From contig OZ219920.1 of NCBI GenBank assembly GCA_964291415.2, forward strand, positions 1-64,000: a stretch of 64,000 nt of DNA, written 5' to 3'. Shown piece after piece: positions 39,072 through 50,027 of the stretch. Origin of the DNA: Alphaproteobacteria bacterium (lineage in GTDB: Bacteria; Pseudomonadota; Alphaproteobacteria; SP197). Below the pieces are notes generated by a model. The model was not told where the DNA came from, did no database searches, and worked only from the letters and a program-made list of their open reading frames with translations. How positions within the stretch are numbered: position 1 is the first letter of the stretch; each line of letters begins with the position of its first letter. The position numbers and the translations under genes are program-made.

Positions 39072-39515
39072 ATGGGCGGACGCGCACTCGAGACCCTCGT
39101 CGGCGCCGCCGTCATCCTCGTTGCCGTGGCCTTTGTGGCCTTTGTCTATGACAGGGTGGACGTTGCCGACGGGGCCGGCACCGTTTTTCACGCGGAGTTT
39201 GAAGACATCGGCAGTCTGCAGACCGGCGACGATGTGCGGATCGCCGGCATCAGGGTCGGACAGGTGACGGGACTGGATCTCGATCCGGACTGGTACCTGG
39301 CGAAGGTCGCCATGACCATCGATCCCGGCGTCAGTCTGCCGCGCGACACCATTGTGACGATCGCCTCGGCGAGCCTGCTCGGTGGCCATTATGTGTCCCT
39401 CCACCCGGGCACGGGCGAGGTTGCCGGCGACGGTTATCTCTTCACCGACACCCAGGGGGCGATCAATCTGATTGACGCCGTGTCGCGGTCCATGTTCGGC
39501 GGCCTTGAAGAGTAG
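39072..39515 (+). CDS. mlaD: MlaD / MCE family protein
   Basis: ETLVG, GDDVRIAGIRVGQV and SLLGGHYVSLHPG motifs. Confidence 0.85.
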   Translation: MGGRALETLVGAAVILVAVAFVAFVYDRVDVADGAGTVFHAEFEDIGSLQTGDDVRIAGIRVGQVTGLDLDPDWYLAKVAMTIDPGVSLPRDTIVTIASASLLGGHYVSLHPGTGEVAGDGYLFTDTQGAINLIDAVSRSMFGGLEE

Positions 39516-39526
39516 AGCAGGGGTTC

Positions 39527-39748
39527 ATGGATCAGCGACCGGTCTGGCTGCCCGAGACATGGCTTTCACCCGACGGCGAGCCCGTTGGTTGCCACGACAA
39601 ACTCGCCGTGTTGAGGGACAATCTTGACGAACTTCGCGACATGGCACAGGACGCGCTCGAAGATGCGGTGGTGATGGGATGCGACGAGCAGCAAATGCGG
39701 AAGGTTCTCGCGGATCTGGTGGCAACGCTCGACAAGCCCTTCGCCTGA
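39527..39748 (+). CDS. Small conserved hypothetical protein
   Basis: W..PDGEPVGC.DKL.VL..NL.EL...QDALEDAVVMGCDE; in operon context. Confidence 0.7.
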   Translation: MDQRPVWLPETWLSPDGEPVGCHDKLAVLRDNLDELRDMAQDALEDAVVMGCDEQQMRKVLADLVATLDKPFA

Positions 39749-39768
39749 TCGCCTGCATCGTTCTGGTC

Positions 39769-40116
39769 ATGATCGTCGGCCGCGGCGCCGGGGCCGAGCA
39801 GGTGTTCGATGATCACGACACGGTTCTGCTGGGCGGCATGGAGAAGGTGACCGGCCATGCCTTTGCCTTTGCCATCGGTGTTGGCGAGACGGGTTCATTC
39901 GGGACATTGCAGGTGACTGTCAGGGCCTGCCGCAAGACGCCGCCGTGGCAGACGCCGGAGAGTGCCTCCTTTCTCGAGATCCGGGAAAGCCGTTCGGGAA
40001 ATCCTGAGGAGGTCTTCAGCGGCTGGATGTTTGCCGGAACGCCGGGCGTGTCGGCGCTTGAACACCCGGTCTACGACATATGGGTCCTGGACTGTATCGA
40101 CCGGGGAAGGCAGTAG
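39769..40116 (+). CDS. DUF2155 family protein (start uncertain)
   Basis: EKVTG, FGTLQV..RAC and FSGWMFA..P..SALEHPVYDIW motifs; expected synteny with mlaD and aat. Confidence 0.85.
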   Translation: MIVGRGAGAEQVFDDHDTVLLGGMEKVTGHAFAFAIGVGETGSFGTLQVTVRACRKTPPWQTPESASFLEIRESRSGNPEEVFSGWMFAGTPGVSALEHPVYDIWVLDCIDRGRQ

Positions 40117-40733
40117 AAGTCGGCACCTTCGATCGAAAGCGCCCGGTCGAGACGGTCCAGATAGTCCGATCCGGTGATCTCGATGGCTCCGAACATGCGC
40201 AGATGATCGGTGACGAACTGTATGTCGAGAAGAACGAAGCCACCCGCGACGAGGCGCCTGACCAGATGGACCAGCGCCACCTTGCTGGCATTGGCGATGT
40301 CGGAAAACATGCTTTCACCGAAGAACGCCCCACGCAGTTGAACGCCGTAGAGACCCCCGGCGAGCACACCGTCCATCCAGCACTCGACGCTGTGGGCGTG
40401 CCCCTCATGGTGCAGTCTGGTGTAGGCCTTCTCGATACCGACGCTGATCCAGGTGTTCTCGCGCCCGGGCGTCGGCCTGGCGCAGGCGGCGATCACCCTG
40501 GCGAAGGCCCGGTTGACGGTGATCTCGAACCCACCCCGTCTCAACACCTTTTCCAGGCTGCGCGGGACGTGGAAGCGGTTCAGGGGGATGATGCCGCGAC
40601 GGTATGGAAAGACCCATTCCGGATTCCTGTCGAGCCGGTGGCTCGCCATGGGGAAGAGGCCCCGCGCATAGGCTGACAGAAGCATCGGTGTGGTCAGTCC
40701 GGCCGCTTCGTCCGGTTCAGGTTGCGGAAGCAA
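40071..40733 (-). CDS. aat: Leucyl/phenylalanyl-tRNA-protein transferase
   Basis: AYARGLFPM, TWI, AHSVECW and GGLYGV...FFGESMFS motifs. Confidence 0.95.
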   Translation of the reverse strand: MLPQPEPDEAAGLTTPMLLSAYARGLFPMASHRLDRNPEWVFPYRRGIIPLNRFHVPRSLEKVLRRGGFEITVNRAFARVIAACARPTPGRENTWISVGIEKAYTRLHHEGHAHSVECWMDGVLAGGLYGVQLRGAFFGESMFSDIANASKVALVHLVRRLVAGGFVLLDIQFVTDHLRMFGAIEITGSDYLDRLDRALSIEGADFYCLPRSIQSRTHMS

Positions 40734-42060
40734 GGAAGCGTTCCAGCCATGTCACGTCATAGTGACCATTGGCGAAGTCCTGGTTGCCGAGAAGCGCCTG
40801 GTGGAGAGGGATGGTGGTCTCGATTCCGTCAATGGCGAACTCCTCGAGAGCCCGTCTCAACCGCATCATGCTCTCGTTGCGGTTGCGCCCGCACACGACG
40901 AGCTTGGCGATCAGGTTGTCGTAGGTCGGCGGTACCGTGTAGCCGGAGTAGAGGGCCGAATCGATCCGCACGCTCATGCCTCCCGGTGCGTGGTAGGTCG
41001 TCACCTGGCCTGGCGAAGGCATGAAGGAGAAGGGGCTTTCGGCATTGATCCGGCACTCGATCGCATGGCCGGTCATCGTCACGTCTTCCTGGCTGAAGCT
41101 GAGCGGTGCACCAGAGGAGAGGCGAATCTGTTCGCGCACGAGGTCGATCCCGGTCACCATTTCCGTCACGGGGTGTTCGACCTGCAACCGGGTGTTCATC
41201 TCGATGAAGTGAAACGAACCGTCCTCGTAGAGAAACTCAACCGTACCGAGACTCCGGTAGCCGAGTCGGGTCATGGCATCGACAACGAGCTTGCCGATGG
41301 CGAGCCGCTGCTCGGCATTGAGTGCGGGACTTGGCGCTTCCTCGACGATCTTCTGATGACGGCGCTGCACCGAGCAGTCGCGTTCGCCGAGGTGAACGAC
41401 GCGTCCTTCCTTGTCGCCGGCGACCTGGATCTCGATGTGGCGCGGACTGGTCAGAAACTTCTCCACGTAAAGGGATCCGTCGCCGAACGCAGCCTCCGAT
41501 TCGCGTCTCGACCGGGCAAAGACCGCCTCCATGGTGGAGTCGTCCTCCACCAGTGAGATACCGCGGCCGCCGCCGCCGGCTGCCGCCTTGAGAAGGACCG
41601 GATAGCCGATCTCCCGGGCGATCGCGGCGGCTTCGGCCGCGTCACGCACCACGCCTTCGGACCCTGGCAGCACCGGGATCCCGAGGTCCCTGGCCTTGTT
41701 GCGCGCCGCCATCTTGTCTCCCATCAGGCGAATATGTTCGCTGCCCGGTCCGATGAAGGTGATGCCATGTTCCTCGACGATTTCGGCAAACCGGCTGTTT
41801 TCGGACAGGAAGCCGTATCCTGGATGGATGGCATTGGCGCCGGTGACTTCGGCGGCGGCCAGGATGGCCGGAACATTGAGATAGCTGTCACGCGCCGGCG
41901 CCGGTCCTATGCACACACTCTCGTCGGCAAGGCGGACATGCATCGCGTTGGTGTCCACTTCGGAATGGACGGCGACGGTGCGGATGCCCATTTCCCGGCA
42001 GGCCCGGTGGATGCGAAGGGCCACTTCCCCGCGATTGGCAATAAGAACCTTGTCAAACAT
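40717..42060 (-). CDS. accC: Acetyl-CoA carboxylase biotin carboxylase
   Basis: KVLIANRGE, HPGYGFLSEN, ERDCSVQRRHQK and EMNTRLQVEH motifs. Confidence 0.97.
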   Translation of the reverse strand: MFDKVLIANRGEVALRIHRACREMGIRTVAVHSEVDTNAMHVRLADESVCIGPAPARDSYLNVPAILAAAEVTGANAIHPGYGFLSENSRFAEIVEEHGITFIGPGSEHIRLMGDKMAARNKARDLGIPVLPGSEGVVRDAAEAAAIAREIGYPVLLKAAAGGGGRGISLVEDDSTMEAVFARSRRESEAAFGDGSLYVEKFLTSPRHIEIQVAGDKEGRVVHLGERDCSVQRRHQKIVEEAPSPALNAEQRLAIGKLVVDAMTRLGYRSLGTVEFLYEDGSFHFIEMNTRLQVEHPVTEMVTGIDLVREQIRLSSGAPLSFSQEDVTMTGHAIECRINAESPFSFMPSPGQVTTYHAPGGMSVRIDSALYSGYTVPPTYDNLIAKLVVCGRNRNESMMRLRRALEEFAIDGIETTIPLHQALLGNQDFANGHYDVTWLERFLASAT

Positions 42061-42499
42061 GCGCCGGGTCGATGACCATGAGCACCTGGCCGTACTCGAC
42101 CGGCCTGCCGTCGGAGACGAGAATCTGGGTCACGGTGCCACCGAGGGGCGCACGGATCGGATTCATGACCTTCATCGCTTCGACGATCAGCAGGGTGTCG
42201 CCTTCCGCGACGTCGTCTCCCACATTCACGAATGAGGCCGCATCGGGCTCAGGAGCGAGATAGGCGGTGCCGACCATCGGCGAGCGAACGGCGCCCTCGC
42301 CGACGGGTTCCTGTGTGATTTCCGGAGGATACACGGCGGCCTGGGGCAAGGGGAACGCAGTGACGGACGTGTTTCCTCGCACCACGCGCAGCTTGCGTCC
42401 CGAGTTTTCCACCTCGATTTCCGCAAGGCCGGTTTCCTCGAGCAGGCGCGCCAGCTCCCGGATCACCTCCGCGTCGAGCGGGAAGGGTTCATGGCTCAT
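42053..42499 (-). CDS. accB: Biotin carboxyl carrier protein
   Basis: SPMVGTAY and the EAMKVMN biotin motif. Confidence 0.96.
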   Translation of the reverse strand: MSHEPFPLDAEVIRELARLLEETGLAEIEVENSGRKLRVVRGNTSVTAFPLPQAAVYPPEITQEPVGEGAVRSPMVGTAYLAPEPDAASFVNVGDDVAEGDTLLIVEAMKVMNPIRAPLGGTVTQILVSDGRPVEYGQVLMVIDPAHV

Positions 42500-42951
42500 G
42501 GTGACGGAGATCCAACAATGGTGTGAATGGCCTCGATGGCCAGTATGTAGCCGTGGCCCCCAAATCCGCAAATCGAACCGGTGGCGACACTCGCCACATG
42601 GGAATGGTGCCGGAAGGGTTCCCTGGCGTGGATGTTGGAGAGATGGACCTCGACAACGACACCGTCGAACGCTCTCAGGGCATCGGCGAGGGCCACTGAC
42701 GTGTGGGTCAGTCCGCCGGCGTTGACGACAAGTGCCGCCGCCTGGCCACCGGCGTTCTGGACGGCATCGATCAACTCGCCTTCATGATTGCTCTGCAGGA
42801 AGTCCACCGCCATGGAAAGCTCACCGGCCCGCCGGCGCACGGCACGTTCGATGTCGGGCAGGGTCTGCAGACCGTAGATGCCCGGTTCCCTCGTGCCGAG
42901 AAGATTGAGATTGGGTCCGTTGAGAACCAGGATTCGGATGTCGTCGGGCAT
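42496..42951 (-). CDS. aroQ: Type II 3-dehydroquinate dehydratase
   Basis: [20 protein letters not shown] and [11 protein letters not shown] motifs. Confidence 0.96.
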   Translation of the reverse strand: MPDDIRILVLNGPNLNLLGTREPGIYGLQTLPDIERAVRRRAGELSMAVDFLQSNHEGELIDAVQNAGGQAAALVVNAGGLTHTSVALADALRAFDGVVVEVHLSNIHAREPFRHHSHVASVATGSICGFGGHGYILAIEAIHTIVGSPSP

Positions 42952-43058
42952 GTCATCCCCAGTCAGCCACGGCCGCCCTTGCCCGGGGATCCCATCGCGG
43001 CATGAATCGATCATCCATTTCACACTGCCCTGCCGGCAGGTGCAACCGCTGCCGCGGG

Positions 43059-44387
43059 TCAGCCCCCTTCGAGGAAGTCGGTGGCGGCCAGGATATCGGT
43101 GGCGCGGAACCAGTCGGTGGTCCCGGTTTCGAGGCCGTCAATCGCGTCTCCGGCGAGCTTGCGGGCACGCCGGAGCTCGCCCCTCATGTAGTGCATCTCG
43201 GCGCGGGCGACCCGGGACCGCGCTTCATCGCCCAGCTTCTCGAAGGCATGGCCAAGCAGGCTCCATGTTACCGGCATGCCGCTTTCGTGGACGCGCGCCT
43301 CGTCGAGATGACGGATCGCCTCGCGCCAGCCGGCTTCCTCGTCGAGCTGCAGCAGGCTGCGTGCCAGGTTGATCCTCAGCAGCGGTTCCCCGGGGGCCAG
43401 CTTGACCGATTGCGCGAAGGACGGAACAGAGGCCGCGATGTCGCCGGTCTCATAGAGCATCTGGCCGCGCAGCTCGTGAAACCAGGGGTTCTCCGGTTCA
43501 TCCGCGATCAGGCCGCCGATGAGGGCCAGAGCCTCGTCCATCAGGCGCTCCCTGTAACGGGCGATGGACCAGGCGTAGCGGGAGTAGACCGATTCTTCAG
43601 GATCCGGATAGGTGCGGTACGTGACAGAGGGGTCGAGAAGAAAACCGGTGACCTTGGCGATCATGCGCCTGTGGCGGTCGATCACGTCCGCGTCGAAGGC
43701 GACGCCGCTGAAGGCGGAACGCTCGATGTGGGCGTTCATCGTGTGCACGCGTTCCGTGCTGAGAGGGTGGGTCAGGAACCAGGGAATCTCGGAGGACGAC
43801 GACAGCAGCAGTTCCGATTCCGCAAGTTCCTCCATCAGGTCGCGAAGCCCTTCCGCCGACTGGCCCGTCAGTTCGAGGGACCTGAGCGCGGCCTGGTCGG
43901 CAGCCGATTCCTGGATGCGGCTGAAGCGGGTAAAGGTGCGGGTGCCGATCTGCTGCCCGGCGGCGGCAACCGCCACGCCTGCCTCGCCACCGCCAATGAG
44001 GCCGACACCGACGCCGAGCAGCGTCGACAGAATCACCATCGCCGAGGCGTCCTCGATGGCGCCCCGAACCATGGTCAGATGACCTGCGGCCAGATGACCG
44101 ACTTCGTGGGCAATGACGCCGGTCACCATGCCCGGGTCGTCGCTGCGCCGCAGCAGACCGCTGAACAGGAACATGTGCTTGCCGTTGGCGACGAAGGCAT
44201 TGAGACTGTCATCGGCCACGAGATGAATGGCGAACCTGTCAAAGTCGAGGCCGTTGACGCGGAACAGTGGTTCGGCATAGCTGCTGATGATACTCTCGAT
44301 CTCGGCATCACGGAAAAGCGACATGCTCTGACCCGATTGGGCCCGGGTGCCGTCTGCTCCGCAGAACAAGGCAGCAAGGACAGTCAT
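43059..44387 (-). CDS. M48 metallopeptidase with TPR (BepA/YfgC-like; start uncertain)
   Basis: [22 protein letters not shown] and THP motifs. Confidence 0.88.
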   Translation of the reverse strand: MTVLAALFCGADGTRAQSGQSMSLFRDAEIESIISSYAEPLFRVNGLDFDRFAIHLVADDSLNAFVANGKHMFLFSGLLRRSDDPGMVTGVIAHEVGHLAAGHLTMVRGAIEDASAMVILSTLLGVGVGLIGGGEAGVAVAAAGQQIGTRTFTRFSRIQESAADQAALRSLELTGQSAEGLRDLMEELAESELLLSSSSEIPWFLTHPLSTERVHTMNAHIERSAFSGVAFDADVIDRHRRMIAKVTGFLLDPSVTYRTYPDPEESVYSRYAWSIARYRERLMDEALALIGGLIADEPENPWFHELRGQMLYETGDIAASVPSFAQSVKLAPGEPLLRINLARSLLQLDEEAGWREAIRHLDEARVHESGMPVTWSLLGHAFEKLGDEARSRVARAEMHYMRGELRRARKLAGDAIDGLETGTTDWFRATDILAATDFLEGG

Positions 44388-45942
44388 GCCGAACACAATT
44401 GCGCGAACAGACAGACCCGCGTTGCGGGCGCTGGTTCTGGCCTTGGCGCTCGCGACAGCCTCCTGCGGGACCCTGGACGAGGCCGGGCCAACCGTCGGTC
44501 GGGTCGTGGGCGGTGGCGAGACCGGACTGGTGGCAGGCGAAGACGCGCTCGCCCGCCAGGTTGCCAGGGAAGTGCTGGCCCGGGAAGGAACCGCGGCAGA
44601 TGCCGCAGTGGCATATTTCTTCATGGCGGCGGTCAGCTATCCCTCGCGGGTTTCGCTCGCTTCCGGCGGTCTCTGCCTGTCATACGAGGAAGCGGAAAAC
44701 CAGACAAGACTTCTGGATTTCCGCAACCGTCCGGCCTCCACGGAAGGGGACGGTCTGCCGATCCCGGGGGCCGTGCGCGGCATGTCGGCCCTGCAGGCCG
44801 TCCATGGCAATCTCGCATGGCATGATCTGCTGGTTCCTGCCGAACGCGCAGCGCGGTTCGGTGTGCGGGTGTCGCCTGCTCTTGCACGCGATTTCGCACA
44901 CGCCTCCGGCGCCCTTTTCGGGAACGCCGAAGCCAGGCGTCTCTTCGCCTCTCACGCAGGCGGCATGCCTGGTGTCGGCGACCCCCTGGTGCAGTTCGAA
45001 CTGTCGGACATGCTGTCTGGAATCAGGACCCGTGGAGCCAGCGATTTCTATCGTGGCCGGACGGCGCGGAGCATCATCGAGGCGGCTCATGAGGCCGGCC
45101 GCGTCATCACGCCCGAAGAGCTCGCCACCTACGCGGTGGCGTGGTCCGATCCCGCAACGTTCGCTTACGAGCGAGGACTGATGGCCTCCGATCTGGCCGT
45201 GCAGGTGCCGGACGAGACCATCGATGCGGGAGCCTCGGTCCTGACGGCTCTCACTCTGCTGGGCGACGCCGGTTCAATGGACGGTAACGCAGAGAGGTAC
45301 CACCTGCTTGCCGAGGTGGCCCTGCGACTGGCGGTGGCACGCGGGTCGCCCGGAACAGTGAACCTGATGGAAAGTTATCGCGCCACCCGGGCAACGGACC
45401 CTGCGGCGCTGCCGGGATCACCGACGCCGCTCGGCGAATCGCCCCATGCCACGGGAGTCGTCACCGCCGATCGCATGGGCAACGCGGTGGCCTGCGTCTT
45501 CACCATGAATGGTCTGTTTGGCGACGGCTCCGTGCTGCCCGGGACCGGGATCATCATCCCGGCGTCATCCGGCGCCGACGAAACCCTGCTCCCCGTGATC
45601 GTGGTCAACGACGTGTTGCGTTCGGTGGTCATTGTCGGCACGGCGACAGGAGGTTCGGCGTCGCCCGTGGTCATGGCACAGGTCCTGATGGATACCCTGG
45701 ACAACAGCGTGTCATTGGATGACGCCGTCCGCCGCACGAGGGTACACCATCCCGGCATCCCCCATGTGGCGTTCGCCGAGGGAACGCCGGAGGACGAAGC
45801 CGGGGAAGCGCTCGCGAAACGCGGACATGCGGTGGAAAGGGTTGCCGAAATCGGCCGCGTGCTCGCCGTTCACTGCCCCGATGGCCTGCGCAATGCCCCG
45901 ACGAGCTGTGTGGCGGTCACCGATCCGCGGATTCCCGATTGA
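44386..45942 (+). CDS. Gamma-glutamyltransferase-like lipoprotein (start 44386 or TTG 44422)
   Basis: Lipobox-like ATASC; GTAADAAVA, LDFR, IPGAVRG, FYRG and FG.G...PGTG motifs; ends DPR. Confidence 0.75.
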   Translation: MPNTIARTDRPALRALVLALALATASCGTLDEAGPTVGRVVGGGETGLVAGEDALARQVAREVLAREGTAADAAVAYFFMAAVSYPSRVSLASGGLCLSYEEAENQTRLLDFRNRPASTEGDGLPIPGAVRGMSALQAVHGNLAWHDLLVPAERAARFGVRVSPALARDFAHASGALFGNAEARRLFASHAGGMPGVGDPLVQFELSDMLSGIRTRGASDFYRGRTARSIIEAAHEAGRVITPEELATYAVAWSDPATFAYERGLMASDLAVQVPDETIDAGASVLTALTLLGDAGSMDGNAERYHLLAEVALRLAVARGSPGTVNLMESYRATRATDPAALPGSPTPLGESPHATGVVTADRMGNAVACVFTMNGLFGDGSVLPGTGIIIPASSGADETLLPVIVVNDVLRSVVIVGTATGGSASPVVMAQVLMDTLDNSVSLDDAVRRTRVHHPGIPHVAFAEGTPEDEAGEALAKRGHAVERVAEIGRVLAVHCPDGLRNAPTSCVAVTDPRIPD

Positions 45943-45946
45943 TGGC

Positions 45947-46432
45947 ATGACGGTGGAGATCGGGGCTCCCTTCGAGGCTTTGCGCCTGGCCGTGACCCAT
46001 GATCTTGTCGATCACAACGGTCACATGGGCATCCGCTCGTACACGAGGCTCTTCGATCGGGCCACCGGTCCGTTCTATGCCGCGCTCGGATTGTCGCGCG
46101 AAGCCCTCTCGCGACATGGTGCGACCGTCTTCGCCCTCCAGGACACGTCCTGGTACATCCGGGAGGTCCTTCTCGATGATCCGCTCCTCATCACCGCTCA
46201 ACTTGTCGATCACGACCACAACAAGATCGTGAGCTTCCTGACCATGATCCAGGAGCGGCAGAACTATGTCGCAGCGTCCTTCGAGCTGATCGAGATCCTC
46301 ATGGACCATGAGACCCGCCGACCGCGCCGCTTTCCGGAGGCCATCGCCTGCCGCCTGGCCGACGTCCGTGCAGCGCACGACGGTCTCGGGCGTCCGCCTC
46401 TCTCCGGACAGGGAATCGGCATACGCCGCTGA
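45947..46432 (+). CDS. Hotdog-fold thioesterase (4HBT-like)
   Basis: VDHNGHM..Y..LFD and YIREV motifs. Confidence 0.8.
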   Translation: MTVEIGAPFEALRLAVTHDLVDHNGHMGIRSYTRLFDRATGPFYAALGLSREALSRHGATVFALQDTSWYIREVLLDDPLLITAQLVDHDHNKIVSFLTMIQERQNYVAASFELIEILMDHETRRPRRFPEAIACRLADVRAAHDGLGRPPLSGQGIGIRR

Positions 46433-46436
46433 TTCC

Positions 46437-48457
46437 CTATCCGGCCACGGCCTCCGCCTCGCCATCCGCAGGCGCAGTCCCCCGGCGGGTGCCGGACTCG
46501 TGTCACCTTGCTGTCCCTGGCGACTCTCGCCAGCGGTCTGCGGGGCATTGTCCCCGTTGGCCTTGCGCCGCCGGCCGCCGCGTCTGCCCCGTCGCCGGCG
46601 CCTGCGCTCTCCCTGTTCGGCGGCCTCGTCCTCGCTTTCCTGAGCGTCGGCTTTCACCGGATCCGGGTCCGCCTCCTGGCCGGCATCGCGGCGCCTGCGC
46701 CGCGAACGCTTGCGACGTCGCAAGGATGACGACTCGTCGGGGACTTGTGCCGCGTCGTCTCGCGGAGCATGGGCCGCGGTTCCGGAGTCGCCGGTATCGA
46801 TGCGGAAGTCGGGCGCCACCAGCCGGTCATCGGCTTCGATGGTTACCGTGACCTTGTAGCGATCCTCGATTCCCGTCAGCATGAGGCGCTTGTGGTTGAG
46901 CAGCTGGAAGGCGATGGCCATCGGTGCGGTCACAAGGAGTGTACGACCGGTCTTGCCCGCCGCCGAACTTTCGATACCACGCAACACGTGCAGCGTCGTC
47001 GACTCGATCGACCGCATGTAACCCGAACCGTTGCACGTCGGGCATGGCGCCGAGATGGCTTCCTCGAGACTGGGCCGCAAACGCTGGCGGGACAGTTCCA
47101 TGAGGCCGAAGTGGCTGATGCGGCCAACCTGGATGCGGGCACGGTCGCCCTTCACCGCCTCCTTCATGCGGCGTTCCACGGTGGCATCGTTGCGGCGGTC
47201 GTCCATGTCGATGAAGTCGATGACGACCAGCCCTGCAAGATCCCGCAACCGCATCTGGCGCGCGATTTCCTGCGTTGCCTCGAGATTGGTCTTCAGTGCC
47301 GTGTCCTCGATGGAACGCTCCCGTGTGGAACGTCCGGAGTTGACGTCGATGACCACGAGTGCCTCGGTCGGATTGATGACGAGCGAGCCGCCTGAAGCCA
47401 GAGGCACCACGGGGCTGTGCATGGCATCGATTTCCTTCTCCACGTCAAAGGCGTGGAACAGCGAAACCGAATCCCGGTGAAGCTTGACCCTCGAGGCATG
47501 GCTCGGCATGAGGAACTTCATGTAGGCCTTGGCGGTACGGTAGCCCTCGGCTCCCTCGACGAGCACTTCGTCAACGTTCTTCGTGTAGAGGTCGCGAATT
47601 GCCCGCTTGATGATGCTGGCCTCTTCCCTGATGAGGCATGGAGCCGTGCTCTTCAGCGTCTTGTCCCGGAGGTCCTCCCATTGCTTGAGGAGACTGTTGT
47701 AGTCGCGGCGGATCTCGGGACGCGAGCGGTTCTGACCTGCGGTGCGGATGATGAGCCCCATGCCTTCGGGAATGTCGAAGCCCGCAGCAACCTCCTTGAG
47801 GCGGCGGCGCTGTGCGTGGTCCGTGATCTTGCGCGAGATGCCACCACCACGGGGCGTGTTGGGCATCAGCACGCAGTAGCGTCCGGCGATTGACAGATAG
47901 GTGCTGAGTGCGGCCCCCTTGGTGCCGCGCTCCTCCTTGGTGACCTGAACCAGCAGGATCTGGTTTTTCCTGATCACCTCCTGAATGCGGTAGCCGCGCT
48001 TGAGGATGGCCGCATGAAGGATCGATTCGGGATGATCCTCGCGATCATCCTGCTGGCGGCGTCCTCGACTTCGTGCCGGGGAGGAGCCTGTCTCGGCGGG
48101 AACGGCTTCGCCGTCGGCGGAGTCGACCGCGTCGTCCTCTTCGATGTCGTCGAGGCTCGCTTCCTCGACCAGTCTTGCCTGTTCCGCGGTGATCTCGTCG
48201 CGGTCGGATACGGGAAGCTGGAAATAGTCAGTGTGAATCTCGCTGAACGGAAGGAACCCGTGTCGGTTGCCTCCGTACTCGACAAAGGCGGATTGCAGCG
48301 AAGGCTCGATGCGGACAACCTTGGCGAGATAGATGTTGGCCTTGATCTGTGTCTTGACAGATGATTCGACGTCGAATTCCTGCAGTTCATGTCCGTCGGA
48401 AACGACAACGCGGGTTTCTTCGGGGTGGCCCGCGTCGATGAGCATGCGTGTGGTCAT
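46437..48457 (-). CDS. rne: Ribonuclease E (apparent 1-bp deletion in the C5 run at 46479-46483)
   Basis: MLIDA.HPEETRV, HGFLPFSEIH, KEERGTKGA, IDVNSG, DFIDM and CPTCNG motifs; Arg-rich tail. One more G gives a TAG at 46437, just past the convergent gene. Confidence 0.92.
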
Positions 48458-48766
48458 GGATGGTCCAGATAGTCCTGTCGGCAGGTCGGGTGACGTTGGT
48501 GTATCGCCGTCGCGCCGCCGCCTCGGTTGAGTGACGCCTCCACCATGGTTCATCCGCGGTATGGGCAGCACACAAGGCTTGCAGGACCGGAATCGTGTTC
48601 CGGTTCATGACACGGGAATGATCTGGTGCAAGGGTCACGGTTGTTCCAATTTCGGTGCCGGAACCGGCACCTCCCGTCGCACTGTCTAAGGTCGCGGGTC
48701 GTCCGCTACTTCCTGCTGCCATCCTTTGGCAGTGACCAGGCGACATCAATATCCTACAACGCCCTC

Positions 48767-49960
48767 ATGAGTCCGACAAGTCCCGGATACATCAAGGCTG
48801 TCATGACCGTGATCATGCTGACCCTGATGGTTTCGGGGGGGCATGGGCACGCCCTTGCCGGCGATACCGTTCTTGTCAACGTCAGGGCCGGTGTTTCGGG
48901 GGACCTGACGCGATTTGTCATCGACCTCGACGGACCGGCGGACTTTCACGCCTTCACGCTCGACGACCCTGCTCGGATTGTTGTTGACCTCTCGCAGGTG
49001 TCTCGGGGGATGTTCGAAAGGGAACGCGGCATCGACACCGGTCTTGTCGTGCGCGCCCGCTTCGGCACGCCGACCGTCGACGTGACGCGTGTGGTGCTCG
49101 ACCTTGTCGAACCCGGGGTGGTGCGCGACACCCTGGTCCTGGAACCGGAGGGTGACTACGGTCACCGGATCGTGCTCGACATTGCGCCGCTCGTCAGCGC
49201 TGCTCCATTGCCTGCCGACAGCGCGGTGGAGGATGACGGTATCCTCAGGCCCGGCGTCAAGCCTTCCCCGCCGCTCCCGATCATCGTTCTCGATCCAGGT
49301 CACGGAGGCCCGGATCCAGGCGCCGTCGGCGCCAGCGGCGCCCACGAGAAGGACATCGTCCTGGCCGCCGCACGCGAACTCAAGGCGATGCTGGAGGAGA
49401 CCGGGCGCTATCACGTGGTCATGACCCGTGAGGGCGACTGGATCCTGCGTCTTGCCGACCGGGTCCTGTTCGCCCGTGCGGCGGGCGCGGATCTCTTCAT
49501 CTCCCTGCACGCCGATTCAATCGACAACCCGCATGTCAGGGGCATGGGTGTCTACACACTGTCGGAAACCGCTTCGGACAGGGAGGCCGCAGCCCTCGCG
49601 CGGAACGAGAACCGGTCCGACCTCATCGAGGGAGTCGACTTCGTCAGCATCGACTACGATCCGGTTACCACCAATATCCTGATCGACCTGGCACAGAGGG
49701 AAACCAAGAACGCGTCGTCGGAGTTCGCCGGAATTCTGGCCAGCGAACTGACCCGGGTGACCGAGTTGCGCCGGAACGTCCACAGGTTCGCCGGATTTCG
49801 GGTGCTGAAGGCACCCGACGTCCCCTCGGTTCTGATAGAGATGGGTTTCTTGTCGAACCCGGTCGAGGAACGTCTGATGATGGATCGCTCCTGGAGGCGG
49901 ACATTCCTCGCCGGCGTTGTCAGGGCCATCGATACCTTCATGTCGTCGCGCCGGTCGTGA
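48767..49960 (+). CDS. amiC: N-acetylmuramoyl-L-alanine amidase (AMIN + Amidase_3)
   Basis: TRFVIDL, LDPGHGGPDPGA, EK, FISLHAD and VLIEMGFLSN motifs. Confidence 0.9.
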   Translation: MSPTSPGYIKAVMTVIMLTLMVSGGHGHALAGDTVLVNVRAGVSGDLTRFVIDLDGPADFHAFTLDDPARIVVDLSQVSRGMFERERGIDTGLVVRARFGTPTVDVTRVVLDLVEPGVVRDTLVLEPEGDYGHRIVLDIAPLVSAAPLPADSAVEDDGILRPGVKPSPPLPIIVLDPGHGGPDPGAVGASGAHEKDIVLAAARELKAMLEETGRYHVVMTREGDWILRLADRVLFARAAGADLFISLHADSIDNPHVRGMGVYTLSETASDREAAALARNENRSDLIEGVDFVSIDYDPVTTNILIDLAQRETKNASSEFAGILASELTRVTELRRNVHRFAGFRVLKAPDVPSVLIEMGFLSNPVEERLMMDRSWRRTFLAGVVRAIDTFMSSRRS

Positions 49961-50027
49961 CCGTTGCCACCGGCATGACACATGGACATGCGAGCGTGGT
50001 CTGGCCGGAGCGAGTGAAGAGAGCGGC

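Noticed and set aside
45917-46436. RNase E C-terminal extension overlapping the thioesterase antisense
   Set aside because: Explained by a 1-bp homopolymer deletion; the corrected frame stops at 46437
49961-49970. cgttgccac match to the MITE TIR
   Set aside because: Only 9 bp and unpaired; compatible with chance
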